NCBI GenBank assembly: GCA_900549895.1
Contig: URQG01000001.1
Coordinates: 1-44,072, forward strand
From: an uncultured Lachnobacterium sp.
GTDB taxonomy: Bacteria; Bacillota; Clostridia; Lachnospirales; Lachnospiraceae
Length of the DNA: 44,072 nucleotides
Reading direction: 5' to 3'
How positions within the stretch are numbered: the stretch's first letter is position 1; the number at the start of each line of letters is the position of its first letter. The notes beneath the pieces were generated by a model. It had not been told where the DNA came from. It searched no databases and saw only the letters and a list, made by a program, of their open reading frames with translations. Positions 26,163 through 34,333 of this stretch are shown here, one piece after another. Made by a program: the position numbers and the translations under genes.

Positions 26163-27159
26163 CGATATCGTCTCCTCCCCCACGTGAAATTACGATATCG
26201 CCTGCTTCCTCGAGCTTTCGGATCACACCAACGATCTTCTGCTGCGCTTCCTCGACATCCTTCATTCGTACCGGGCCCATAAAATCCATATCCTCTTTGA
26301 TCATAGCGGCAAGTCTCTTGGACAGGTTCTTAAATACAACATTCTGAACTTCCTCTGATGTATTCTTAAGTGCAAGTTCAAGATCTCCGTTTTCAACATC
26401 ACGCAGCACACGCTGAATTGCTCGGTCGTCGAGTAACAAAATATCTTCGAACACAAACATTTTTTTGCGGATTTCGTCTGCAAGTTCCGGTTCCTCGATC
26501 TCCAAAGACTCCATAATGTGTTTTTCCGTTCCACGATCAACACTGTTCAAAATATTAACAATCGCATCGATACCGCCAACGATCGTGTAATCCTGGTTAA
26601 CAAGCGATGCAAGCTTGCGCTCCAACACACGTTCTACTTCCTTGATAACATCCGGCGATGTACGGTCCATCAGCGCAATACGTTTCGCAACATCCGCCTG
26701 TTTTTCCGGTGGAAGTGCTCCAAGTACCAAGGATGCCTGACTCGGTGCTAAATAGGATAAAATCATCGCAATTGTCTGTGGATGTTCATCCTGAATAAAG
26801 TTCAGCAACTGACTCGGATCCGTTTTACGCACAAATTCAAACGGGCGTACCTGAAGCGAAGCCGTCAGTTTTGCAATAACACCTTGCGCTTTGTCGCTTC
26901 CAAGTGCTTTTTCCAAAAGTTCCTTGGCGTATCCGATACCACCTTCGGCAATGTACTGTTGCGCGAGGCATACCTGATAAAACTCCTCCAAAACTTCTTC
27001 CTTCGTCTGCGGGGATACGCTCCTCGTATTCGCAATCTCAAGGGTGAGTTCTTCAATTTCATCTTCTTTCAGGTGCTTAAAAATGGTAGCTGCCTTTTCC
27101 GGTCCCAATGTGATCAGAAGGATAGCCGCCTTTTGCACTCCTGTGTAAGATTCGCTCAT
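26155..27159 (-). CDS. fliG: Flagellar motor switch protein FliG
   Basis: KAAILL, EHPQ, MFVFEDI, GPVRMKDVEEAQ. Confidence 0.98.
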   Translation of the reverse strand: MSESYTGVQKAAILLITLGPEKAATIFKHLKEDEIEELTLEIANTRSVSPQTKEEVLEEFYQVCLAQQYIAEGGIGYAKELLEKALGSDKAQGVIAKLTASLQVRPFEFVRKTDPSQLLNFIQDEHPQTIAMILSYLAPSQASLVLGALPPEKQADVAKRIALMDRTSPDVIKEVERVLERKLASLVNQDYTIVGGIDAIVNILNSVDRGTEKHIMESLEIEEPELADEIRKKMFVFEDILLLDDRAIQRVLRDVENGDLELALKNTSEEVQNVVFKNLSKRLAAMIKEDMDFMGPVRMKDVEEAQQKIVGVIRKLEEAGDIVISRGGGDDIVV

Positions 27160-27162
27160 ACC

Positions 27163-28785
27163 TTACTCCCAATCCTCGTTTAACCAGTTGCGTAGCAAAA
27201 GTGCTGCCGCATCCGGGTTTTCTTCTACAAATTTTTCAATCAGGACTCGTGTCTCTGATTTTTCCGAATAACCGATATCTTCCAATTCGTCCGTTGCATC
27301 GGCTGTCGACTCAAGCAATGCATCCACGGAAAGCTCTGGTTCGATTTCTTCTTCGCTCTGTTTTCTTGTGCTTCGGAACACAACATATCCGAGTAATGCA
27401 AAGATCAGTACCGCAAGCGCAATCTGTAAGATATCCGTAAGTCCGATTCCCTTACTGCTTGATTCCACAAACTGTGGTCTCTCGTAGCAGACAAATGATA
27501 TATTATTCGAATCAAAGCCGGTCGCTTTCGCGATCATATCGATGTATTCCTGATCTGCCTGTACCTGAACCGGATCACTATGTGCTGCCTTAAAAGCCTC
27601 GAATGTTGTTCCGTCAAGCTGACCGCTCGCCTTCAGTTCATCCTCGTCATAAACAACCCACCGTGTTGCCGAAACCGCAACGGAACTTGTTGTATAATCA
27701 ACTGTGCCGCCATTGCTGATGGTTTCCGTTTCTTCCTTATTTGGCGAATATTGAGAATCGATATCGGATACCGATGACTCGGTTATATCACCGTCCGGTG
27801 TCACATACGTTGGTGTATCATCATTTGAATCCGTTCCCGGCACCGCAGCCTGACCGCCGGTTGCATCCGCATTATACTCTGAACGGCTTGTCAGCTCACC
27901 GTTATCCATTCCATCATTGTGCGAATAAACCGTTGTATTCTTCTTAACAGAATCGAAATTCATATCGAGGTTCAAACCAACCTGTACATCCGAAAAGATC
28001 CCGGACTTCACAAGAACGCCTTTTACCTCATCCTTAACCATATTTTGTGTTTTCTGCTTTGTACTCAGGTTGGTCGATACAACCGCAGAACCCGAATCCT
28101 GGTCTGCTCCGGAATATAAAAGAAGCGAAGTCTTCTGATCAAGGATCGTGATATTTTTTGTCGAATCATTACCGATCTGTGTTGCAACAAATCGTGCAAT
28201 CGAATATGCCTGATCCTCATCCATATCCTCTTTCAGATCAAGCGATACACTTGCGGAGCCTTCCTGCATTCTTGAGATCAAAGTTCCGTCATCGGTAGGC
28301 AGATCCAATGAAACTTTGGCAGAATTGATCATATCATTTGCAGCAAGATCTTCCTCCAGTTTCTGTTCAAGATATGCCTTGTTCAATTTCTGTTTATCCG
28401 ATTCGGTACGTGAGAAGCTGCCATCCACTACAGACGATATATCGGCTTTCGAGATATCATATCCCGCTGTCGCAATGTCATTGGATCCAAGTAACATATT
28501 TGCTGCACTCTCGTCCTTGACATTCACATCAAAATGTGTGGAATTTGACACTTTATAATCAATACTTCCATCTCCATCAAGAATTTCCTTGACCTGATTT
28601 GCACTCTTCGTATTCTCACAATCAATCAATGTCGTATATTGCGGTCTCGTCATGACAACACCGAGAATAACAAGTGCCACAATCACAATACCTGTAAGAC
28701 TGATCATCAAAGCCTTCTGTTTCGTATTAAATTTCTTCCACCATTCCACCACACGGTTAATGATTTTTTGTAACTGTTCCGGCAT
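27163..28785 (-). CDS. fliF: Flagellar MS-ring protein FliF
   Basis: Two TM helices, ASVSL motif, C-terminal NPDAAALLLRNWL; between fliE and fliG. Confidence 0.92.
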   Translation of the reverse strand: MPEQLQKIINRVVEWWKKFNTKQKALMISLTGIVIVALVILGVVMTRPQYTTLIDCENTKSANQVKEILDGDGSIDYKVSNSTHFDVNVKDESAANMLLGSNDIATAGYDISKADISSVVDGSFSRTESDKQKLNKAYLEQKLEEDLAANDMINSAKVSLDLPTDDGTLISRMQEGSASVSLDLKEDMDEDQAYSIARFVATQIGNDSTKNITILDQKTSLLLYSGADQDSGSAVVSTNLSTKQKTQNMVKDEVKGVLVKSGIFSDVQVGLNLDMNFDSVKKNTTVYSHNDGMDNGELTSRSEYNADATGGQAAVPGTDSNDDTPTYVTPDGDITESSVSDIDSQYSPNKEETETISNGGTVDYTTSSVAVSATRWVVYDEDELKASGQLDGTTFEAFKAAHSDPVQVQADQEYIDMIAKATGFDSNNISFVCYERPQFVESSSKGIGLTDILQIALAVLIFALLGYVVFRSTRKQSEEEIEPELSVDALLESTADATDELEDIGYSEKSETRVLIEKFVEENPDAAALLLRNWLNEDWE

Positions 28786-28813
28786 TCTTTTGTTCCTCTC
28801 CTACCAATTCCGA

Positions 28814-29125
28814 TTAAATTGACATCTGCATAATCTCTTTGTATCCGTCAATCAGTTTATCCCGCACTGCAACCGTATACTGCAACGCGATATTCGCTTT
28901 TGTCTCCGCGATCAAAAGATCATGTGTATTATCCGCTTCTCCGAGCGCAAAACGGATTTCTTCCGATTCCGCCGAATTCTGCAGATCGTTCGTCTCATCG
29001 ATTGACTGCATAGCGGCCGAAAGTACCGAACTGAAACTGTTCTTGTCGGTATCCACATCCGTCGTCTTCGGAGTGAATGTATTCAAATAATTGGAAGAGA
29101 CACTAGCAAGTGAATTAATATCCAT
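28814..29125 (-). CDS. fliE: Flagellar hook-basal body protein FliE
   Basis: HDLLIAETKA...VRDKLIDGYKEIMQMSI. Confidence 0.95.
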   Translation of the reverse strand: MDINSLASVSSNYLNTFTPKTTDVDTDKNSFSSVLSAAMQSIDETNDLQNSAESEEIRFALGEADNTHDLLIAETKANIALQYTVAVRDKLIDGYKEIMQMSI

Positions 29126-29204
29126 ATGATTCCTCTCTGTTTCCGGCGAAACACTTTTTTAAAAAATTTCTTACTTTATCACCAATCGTAACGTTTCCGG
29201 TCAA

Positions 29205-29648
29205 TTACTGTCCGATAGACAGTCCCGTCTGTGCCATGCTCTTGCTGGCTTCAAACGCGGTCGCATTTGCTTCGTATGCACGTTGCGCGTCGATCAGGTT
29301 CGTCATCTCGGTAACCGTATTGACATTCGGATAAGAAACATATCCATCCGCATCCGCATCCGGATTCGACGGATCGTATTCTTTCACAAAATCCGTCTCT
29401 GTATCTTCGCGCACGGAAGTCACCTTGACCCCATTACCGAGTGCCGGATTCTTCGATGCCGAAGAGAACACCTGACTAAACGGCGTGACTGCACGCTCCT
29501 GGAATGTAACGATCTTGCGTCGGTACGGTCCGCCGCTCTCGGTCGATGTTGTATTTACATTTGCAATATTTTCCGCAATAATGTCTGTGCGGAATCGCTC
29601 TGCGGTCATTCCTGACGCGCTGATATTAAATGACTGAAATAATCCCAT
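29205..29648 (-). CDS. flgC: Basal-body rod protein FlgC
   Basis: ENIANVNT, PYRRK, YDPSNPDA, PNVNTVTEM, RAYEAN. Confidence 0.97.
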   Translation of the reverse strand: MGLFQSFNISASGMTAERFRTDIIAENIANVNTTSTESGGPYRRKIVTFQERAVTPFSQVFSSASKNPALGNGVKVTSVREDTETDFVKEYDPSNPDADADGYVSYPNVNTVTEMTNLIDAQRAYEANATAFEASKSMAQTGLSIGQ

Positions 29649-29660
29649 GTTTTATTCTCC

Positions 29661-30050
29661 TTAGCTGATTACAGATTTCATACGATTGAATTCATTGTTG
29701 ATTCCTGCTGTAATACCTTCATAACGGAGCTGCTCGGAAGCATACTCTACTTCCTCGTTATCAATATCAACATTGTTTCCATCCAGACGATAAGAATAAT
29801 TGGACAAATCCGTATAAACAGAAGGATTCAGATGATCCATATGCAGATTCTCGATCTTCGTATCCAGTGACGTGTGTTTGCAACGTCCGAGTTCCTGTTT
29901 TAAGACTCCCTCAAAATCAAGATCTTTTCTCTTGTATCCGGGTGTATCAACATTGGCAATATTGTTGGCAAGAACCGTCTCTCTTTTCCAGCTTGCATCT
30001 GCAGCTTTATCCAATACATTGACATAATCAAAAGCGTTTGTACTGAGCAT
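29661..30050 (-). CDS. flgB: Basal-body rod protein FlgB
   Basis: NNIANVDTPGYKRKDL, DGNNVDID; start MLSTN at 30050. Confidence 0.97.
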   Translation of the reverse strand: MLSTNAFDYVNVLDKAADASWKRETVLANNIANVDTPGYKRKDLDFEGVLKQELGRCKHTSLDTKIENLHMDHLNPSVYTDLSNYSYRLDGNNVDIDNEEVEYASEQLRYEGITAGINNEFNRMKSVIS

Positions 30051-30094
30051 AAGAACCCCCTTCACCTAGTATCCCTAATTATTCTATCATACTA

Positions 30095-30122
30095 ATTATA
30101 GTATACTTCTTCCAAAAAACAA
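30095..30122 (-). promoter_or_regulatory. Putative sigma-A promoter of the flgB operon
   Basis: TTGTTT-16 bp-TATAAT, downstream of the codY terminator. Confidence 0.6.
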
Positions 30123-30155
30123 GTAGTTTTGCCAAAAAAGGCATAATTTGTAAAC

Positions 30156-30188
30156 AAAAAGGGACCTATATCTTGTATAAGTCCCTTT
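30156..30188 (-). terminator. Intrinsic terminator after codY
   Basis: Minus strand AAAGGGACTTATA-CAAGA-TATAGGTCCCTTTTTGTTT (one G-U pair). Confidence 0.8.
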
Positions 30189-30263
30189 AAAATCCCCATT
30201 CCATGGTATATTTTGTCATCGAGTGCCACTTGATGACCGGTACACACTTTGGCGTACTCCTTT

Positions 30264-31043
30264 TTACTTTGATTTATCGCGTTTCAACTTGTCCAGCTCT
30301 TCAAACACGACATCGTTAACAACTTTAATGTAAGTTCCTTTCATTCCGGAAGATCTTGATTCGATAACGCCTGCACTCTCAAACTTACGTAGTGCATTCA
30401 CGATCACCGATCTTGTTATTCCGACGCGGTCGGCAATACGACTCGCCACAAGAATTCCTTCGTTACCATCCAATTCATCAAAGATATGCGTGATTGCTTC
30501 AAGCTCCGAAAAAGAAAGTGTACTGATTGCCGATTTGACAATGGCGACTTTACGTGCTTCCTCAGCACTCTCCTCATTCACGGAGCGCATCATCTCGAGT
30601 CCTACAACGGTTGTTCCGTATTCGGTCAGAATAATATCGTCAATGTCATATTCCTTCTCACTGCGATACTCAAACAATGTGCCGAGACGCTCTCCCGCGA
30701 TATCGATCGGTGTGATGATCGCACGATAACATTTTGACTCTTCGCCGAATCCAAGTGTTTCCAGATTGACATTCTCTTTGGTGGAAAGAATTCCCAGCAG
30801 ACGCTCGTTAAGTTCCGGATCAATAAATCCACCAACCTCATCCACAATGAGTTCCTGCAACTCGTCCACACCCTTGCATACACTTGATCCAAGGACTTTT
30901 CCTTTCTTACTGATTACAAGAATATCTGAATCCAATATTCCGGTCAGCACTTCACAGATATCGTTAAATACGACTTTCGATGAATTGTTGTTATGAAGTA
31001 GTTTGTTTATTTTTCGTGTTTTATCCAGAAGCTGTACACTCAT
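30264..31043 (-). CDS. codY: GTP/BCAA-sensing transcriptional repressor CodY
   Basis: LLDKTRKINKLL, GERLGTL, ASRIADRVGITRSVIVNALRKFESAGVIESRSSGMKGT. Confidence 0.98.
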   Translation of the reverse strand: MSVQLLDKTRKINKLLHNNNSSKVVFNDICEVLTGILDSDILVISKKGKVLGSSVCKGVDELQELIVDEVGGFIDPELNERLLGILSTKENVNLETLGFGEESKCYRAIITPIDIAGERLGTLFEYRSEKEYDIDDIILTEYGTTVVGLEMMRSVNEESAEEARKVAIVKSAISTLSFSELEAITHIFDELDGNEGILVASRIADRVGITRSVIVNALRKFESAGVIESRSSGMKGTYIKVVNDVVFEELDKLKRDKSK

Positions 31044-31096
31044 GTAATCCTCCTGACTACTTTCGCACTCCGACGAAAAGTTTCGATTTAACTATG

Positions 31097-31125
31097 AGTT
31101 TATCACCATTTTTCTGACAATTCAA
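31097..31125 (-). promoter_or_regulatory. codY promoter with overlapping CodY box (31108-31122)
   Basis: TTGAAT-17 bp-(TGn)TAAACT. ATTTTTCTGACAATT matches AATTTTCWGAAAATT at 13/15. Confidence 0.7.
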
Positions 31126-31149
31126 TATTTTTTATTCAATTGAATTATT

Positions 31150-33231
31150 TTATTTTTCATTTTTTTGCTCTTTTGCCTCGGTATAGCCACAATGTGCATC
31201 GGCACAAGCCAGTTTTGCACCCTTCTCAACCATATAGCCGCCGCATCGAGGGCATTTCTTGGCCACCGGACGTCCCCAGCTCATAAAATCACATTCCGGG
31301 TTGTCAATACATCCATAGTACCGCCGTCCCTTCTTGGTCATCTTGATTACGACATCCTTTCCGCACTTCGGACAGGCAACACCGATTTTCTCATAATACG
31401 GCTTCGTATTGCGGCACTCAGGGAATCCCGGACATGCAAGGAACTTTCCGTGCGGACCGTACTTAATGACCATGTTACGTCCGCAGACCTCACAGATTTC
31501 ATCTGTTACCTCATCCTCGATTGTAACCTTTTCAAGGTCCTTCTCTGCTGCCTGCACCGCAGCTTCCAGATCCGGATAGAAATTGGCAACAACCGTCTTC
31601 CAATTGACGGCCCCCTCTGCCACACTATCCAAAAGAGACTCCATGTTCGCAGTAAAATGTTCATCTACGATGGTCGGAAATGATTCTTTCATGATGGAAT
31701 TAACCACTTCTCCGATCTCTGTCACATAAAGATTCTTATTTTCTTTGGTAATATATCTTCTCGCAATAATCGTTGTGATCGTCGGCGAATAAGTACTCGG
31801 TCGTCCGATTCCCAGTTCCTCGAGTGTCTTTACCAGAGAAGCCTCCGTAAAATGCGCCGGCGGCTGGGTAAAATGCTGCTTCGGATCCATATCCACCAAC
31901 GAAAGTTTCGCATTCTCGTCAATGTCTTTCAAAAGAACCTGCTTAGACTCTTTCTCATCATCAGCCTCTGTGTACGCCAGCATAAATCCATCAAAAGCGA
32001 CCTTAGAGGTTGATACACGAAATCCGTAGGAACCTGCTGCAATATTAACCGTCATCGTCTCATAGACCGCATTCGCCATGCGGCTTGCTGCAAAGCGTTT
32101 CCAGATCAACTGATACAGACGGAACTGATCACGGCTGAGTGAGTCCTTGATCTCGGATGGAATACGGTTGATGTCGGTCGGACGGATTGCCTCATGCGCA
32201 TCCTGAATCTTAACGCCGCTCTTCTTGCTTCCCTCTCCCGCAGAAAGATACTGCTCACCGTAAGAACTCTCAATAAACTCTCTTGCAGCAGCATCTGCCT
32301 CCTCAGAAATACGAACAGAATCCGTACGCAGGTATGTGATGATACCGACCGTACCCTGTCCCTTGATGTCCACACCTTCATACAATTGCTGTGCAATACG
32401 CATCGTCTTTGAAATCGGGAAATTTAATGCTTTAGAAGCCTCCTGCTGCAAAGTACTTGTCGTAAACGGAAGCGGCGCCTTTTTGGTACGTTCGCCTCTC
32501 TTGATATCGGTTACTTTAAAAGGCTGTCCCTTAATTTCTGTAAGGATTGCATTCATCTGATCCTCAGATACAATTTCAATCTTCTTACCGTCCTTATCTG
32601 TCAGTTTCGCAAGGATAGGCTTCTTTTCCCCTTCCGGCAGAAGACTCGCTTCAAGCGACCAGTACTCTTCCGGAATAAACGCATCGATTTCTTCCTCACG
32701 GTCACATACGATACGCAGGGCAACCGACTGCACACGTCCGGCACTCAGGCCCCTCTTAACTTTTGCCCACAAAAGAGGACTGATGCGGTAACCTACCATT
32801 CGATCAAGCATTCGTCTCGCCTGCTGGGCATCCACAAGATCCATATCGATTTCCCGTGGATTCTTAAGAGATGTCTTAACTGCCGTCTTGGTAATCTCAT
32901 TGAAACTGATTCGGCTGACATCCTTATCCTCAAGCTTCAATGCTTTCGTCAAATGCCAGGAAATCGCCTCTCCCTCACGATCCGGGTCAGTTGCGAGATA
33001 AATCTTGTCCGCTTTCTTGACTTCTTTACGAAGCTTGGCAAGAATTTCCCCCTTTCCCCGGATTGTAATGTATTTCGGCTCGAAATTATTCTCCGGACTA
33101 AAGCCAAGCTGACTCTTCGGAAGATCTCTAACATGTCCGTTTGATGCCATAACCTCATAATTTTTGCCGAGGAATTTCTTAATTGTTTTTACCTTCGCAG
33201 GCGACTCCACAATAACCAGATACTTTGCCAT
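31150..33231 (-). CDS. topA: DNA topoisomerase I
   Basis: LVIVESPAK, ATDPDREGE, SAGRVQS, ITYLRTDS, AHEAIRP, C-terminal zinc ribbons. Confidence 0.98.
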   Translation of the reverse strand: MAKYLVIVESPAKVKTIKKFLGKNYEVMASNGHVRDLPKSQLGFSPENNFEPKYITIRGKGEILAKLRKEVKKADKIYLATDPDREGEAISWHLTKALKLEDKDVSRISFNEITKTAVKTSLKNPREIDMDLVDAQQARRMLDRMVGYRISPLLWAKVKRGLSAGRVQSVALRIVCDREEEIDAFIPEEYWSLEASLLPEGEKKPILAKLTDKDGKKIEIVSEDQMNAILTEIKGQPFKVTDIKRGERTKKAPLPFTTSTLQQEASKALNFPISKTMRIAQQLYEGVDIKGQGTVGIITYLRTDSVRISEEADAAAREFIESSYGEQYLSAGEGSKKSGVKIQDAHEAIRPTDINRIPSEIKDSLSRDQFRLYQLIWKRFAASRMANAVYETMTVNIAAGSYGFRVSTSKVAFDGFMLAYTEADDEKESKQVLLKDIDENAKLSLVDMDPKQHFTQPPAHFTEASLVKTLEELGIGRPSTYSPTITTIIARRYITKENKNLYVTEIGEVVNSIMKESFPTIVDEHFTANMESLLDSVAEGAVNWKTVVANFYPDLEAAVQAAEKDLEKVTIEDEVTDEICEVCGRNMVIKYGPHGKFLACPGFPECRNTKPYYEKIGVACPKCGKDVVIKMTKKGRRYYGCIDNPECDFMSWGRPVAKKCPRCGGYMVEKGAKLACADAHCGYTEAKEQKNEK

Positions 33232-33256
33232 AAGAAAATGCTCCTTTATATGTCTA

Positions 33257-34333
33257 TCAGATCGTTTTAACGAAAAAATTCGGAATGGTTTCTTTCACAA
33301 AGCCCTTCTGTTGCAAGCGCTCAAGAATATTTAACACCTCGAGAAGCGAATATGGGCTTTGTTCAACCAGACTCCCCAAACCAAGGGGATGAAAATCGAA
33401 TAAACTATACACCAACGATTCGTCTTTTTCAAGAAGATTTTTCCGAAAGTCCATCTGTCCCTCCGCGAAATTCCCGGAAATCCGCATTTCTTTTAAGAAA
33501 TCCTCGACACTTACAAAGACTCCGGCTCCCTGCTGAATCAGGTGATTACATCCCTGACTCAGTTCATCTGTGATGCGTCCGGGTAAAGCATAAACTTCAC
33601 GTGCCTGTTCCATCGCATAATCCGCAGTGATCAATGATCCGCTCTTTAGCCTTGCCTCAATCACGACCACATAATCCGACAATCCTGAAATGATTCGGTT
33701 TCTCTGTGGAAAAAGCGAAGGAAGCGGCTGTGTTCCCGGAACAAACTCCGACAGAATTCCTCCACGCTCCGGAATCTGCTCATATAAAAACCTGTTACTG
33801 CGTGGATAACAGATATCCACTCCGCAGCCAAGTACCGCGTACGTCGCTCCGCTTCCATCGATAGCCCCCATATGCCCGTCCGTATCGATTCCGAGTGCCA
33901 TTCCGCTGATTACGTCCACATCAGCTTCTGCAAGTCTTTTTGCCAAAGCACGTGCAACCTGACTTCCGTATGCACTCCTTCCTCTTGCTCCAACGATTGC
34001 AACAGATTTGTGTTCCTTCCTCGGAAGATGCCCCCTATAATACAACGCATACGGTGGAGCGACAATTTTTTTAAGTTTTTCAGGATACTCTGCATCTTCC
34101 AAAGTTACCAGCGAAATTCCTTTTTCCTGAAGTCTTGTCCAGGCCCCCTCTAAGCTCCATTGCCTTCTGCTTTCCATGATTGCTCCGATATCTTCGATCT
34201 CAATACCTACTGTTTTTGCGATTGCACTCTCCGGTGCATGATAAATGTTTTCAGCATTGTCGAAAGTTTCATATAAAATACGCTTTTTAACCGGAGTAAT
34301 TCCCTTAATATTATCAAACCAGTAACGATACAT
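33257..34333 (-). CDS. dprA: DNA-processing protein DprA
   Basis: VAIVGAR, SGMALGID, FPQRNRIISGLS, SGSLITA, ALPG; C-terminal winged helix. Confidence 0.96.
   Translation of the reverse strand: MYRYWFDNIKGITPVKKRILYETFDNAENIYHAPESAIAKTVGIEIEDIGAIMESRRQWSLEGAWTRLQEKGISLVTLEDAEYPEKLKKIVAPPYALYYRGHLPRKEHKSVAIVGARGRSAYGSQVARALAKRLAEADVDVISGMALGIDTDGHMGAIDGSGATYAVLGCGVDICYPRSNRFLYEQIPERGGILSEFVPGTQPLPSLFPQRNRIISGLSDYVVVIEARLKSGSLITADYAMEQAREVYALPGRITDELSQGCNHLIQQGAGVFVSVEDFLKEMRISGNFAEGQMDFRKNLLEKDESLVYSLFDFHPLGLGSLVEQSPYSLLEVLNILERLQQKGFVKETIPNFFVKTI

Noticed and set aside
29138..29153. parS-like palindrome TGTTTCCGGCGAAACA
   Set aside because: The arms match TGTTTCACGTGAAACA but three of the four central bases differ, destroying the CACGTG core.
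30051..30263. c-di-GMP riboswitch or invertible flagellar switch upstream of flgB, as in C. difficile
   Set aside because: No GEMM-type GGCAAA...GNRA...GCAAAG architecture and no pair of long flanking inverted repeats. The predicted flgB leader is only about 40 nt.
49..30263. Sigma-28 promoters (TAAA-N15/16-GCCGATAW) inside the flagellar locus
   Set aside because: No convincing match found by eye in the intergenic gaps; a PWM scan would be needed to exclude weak sites.
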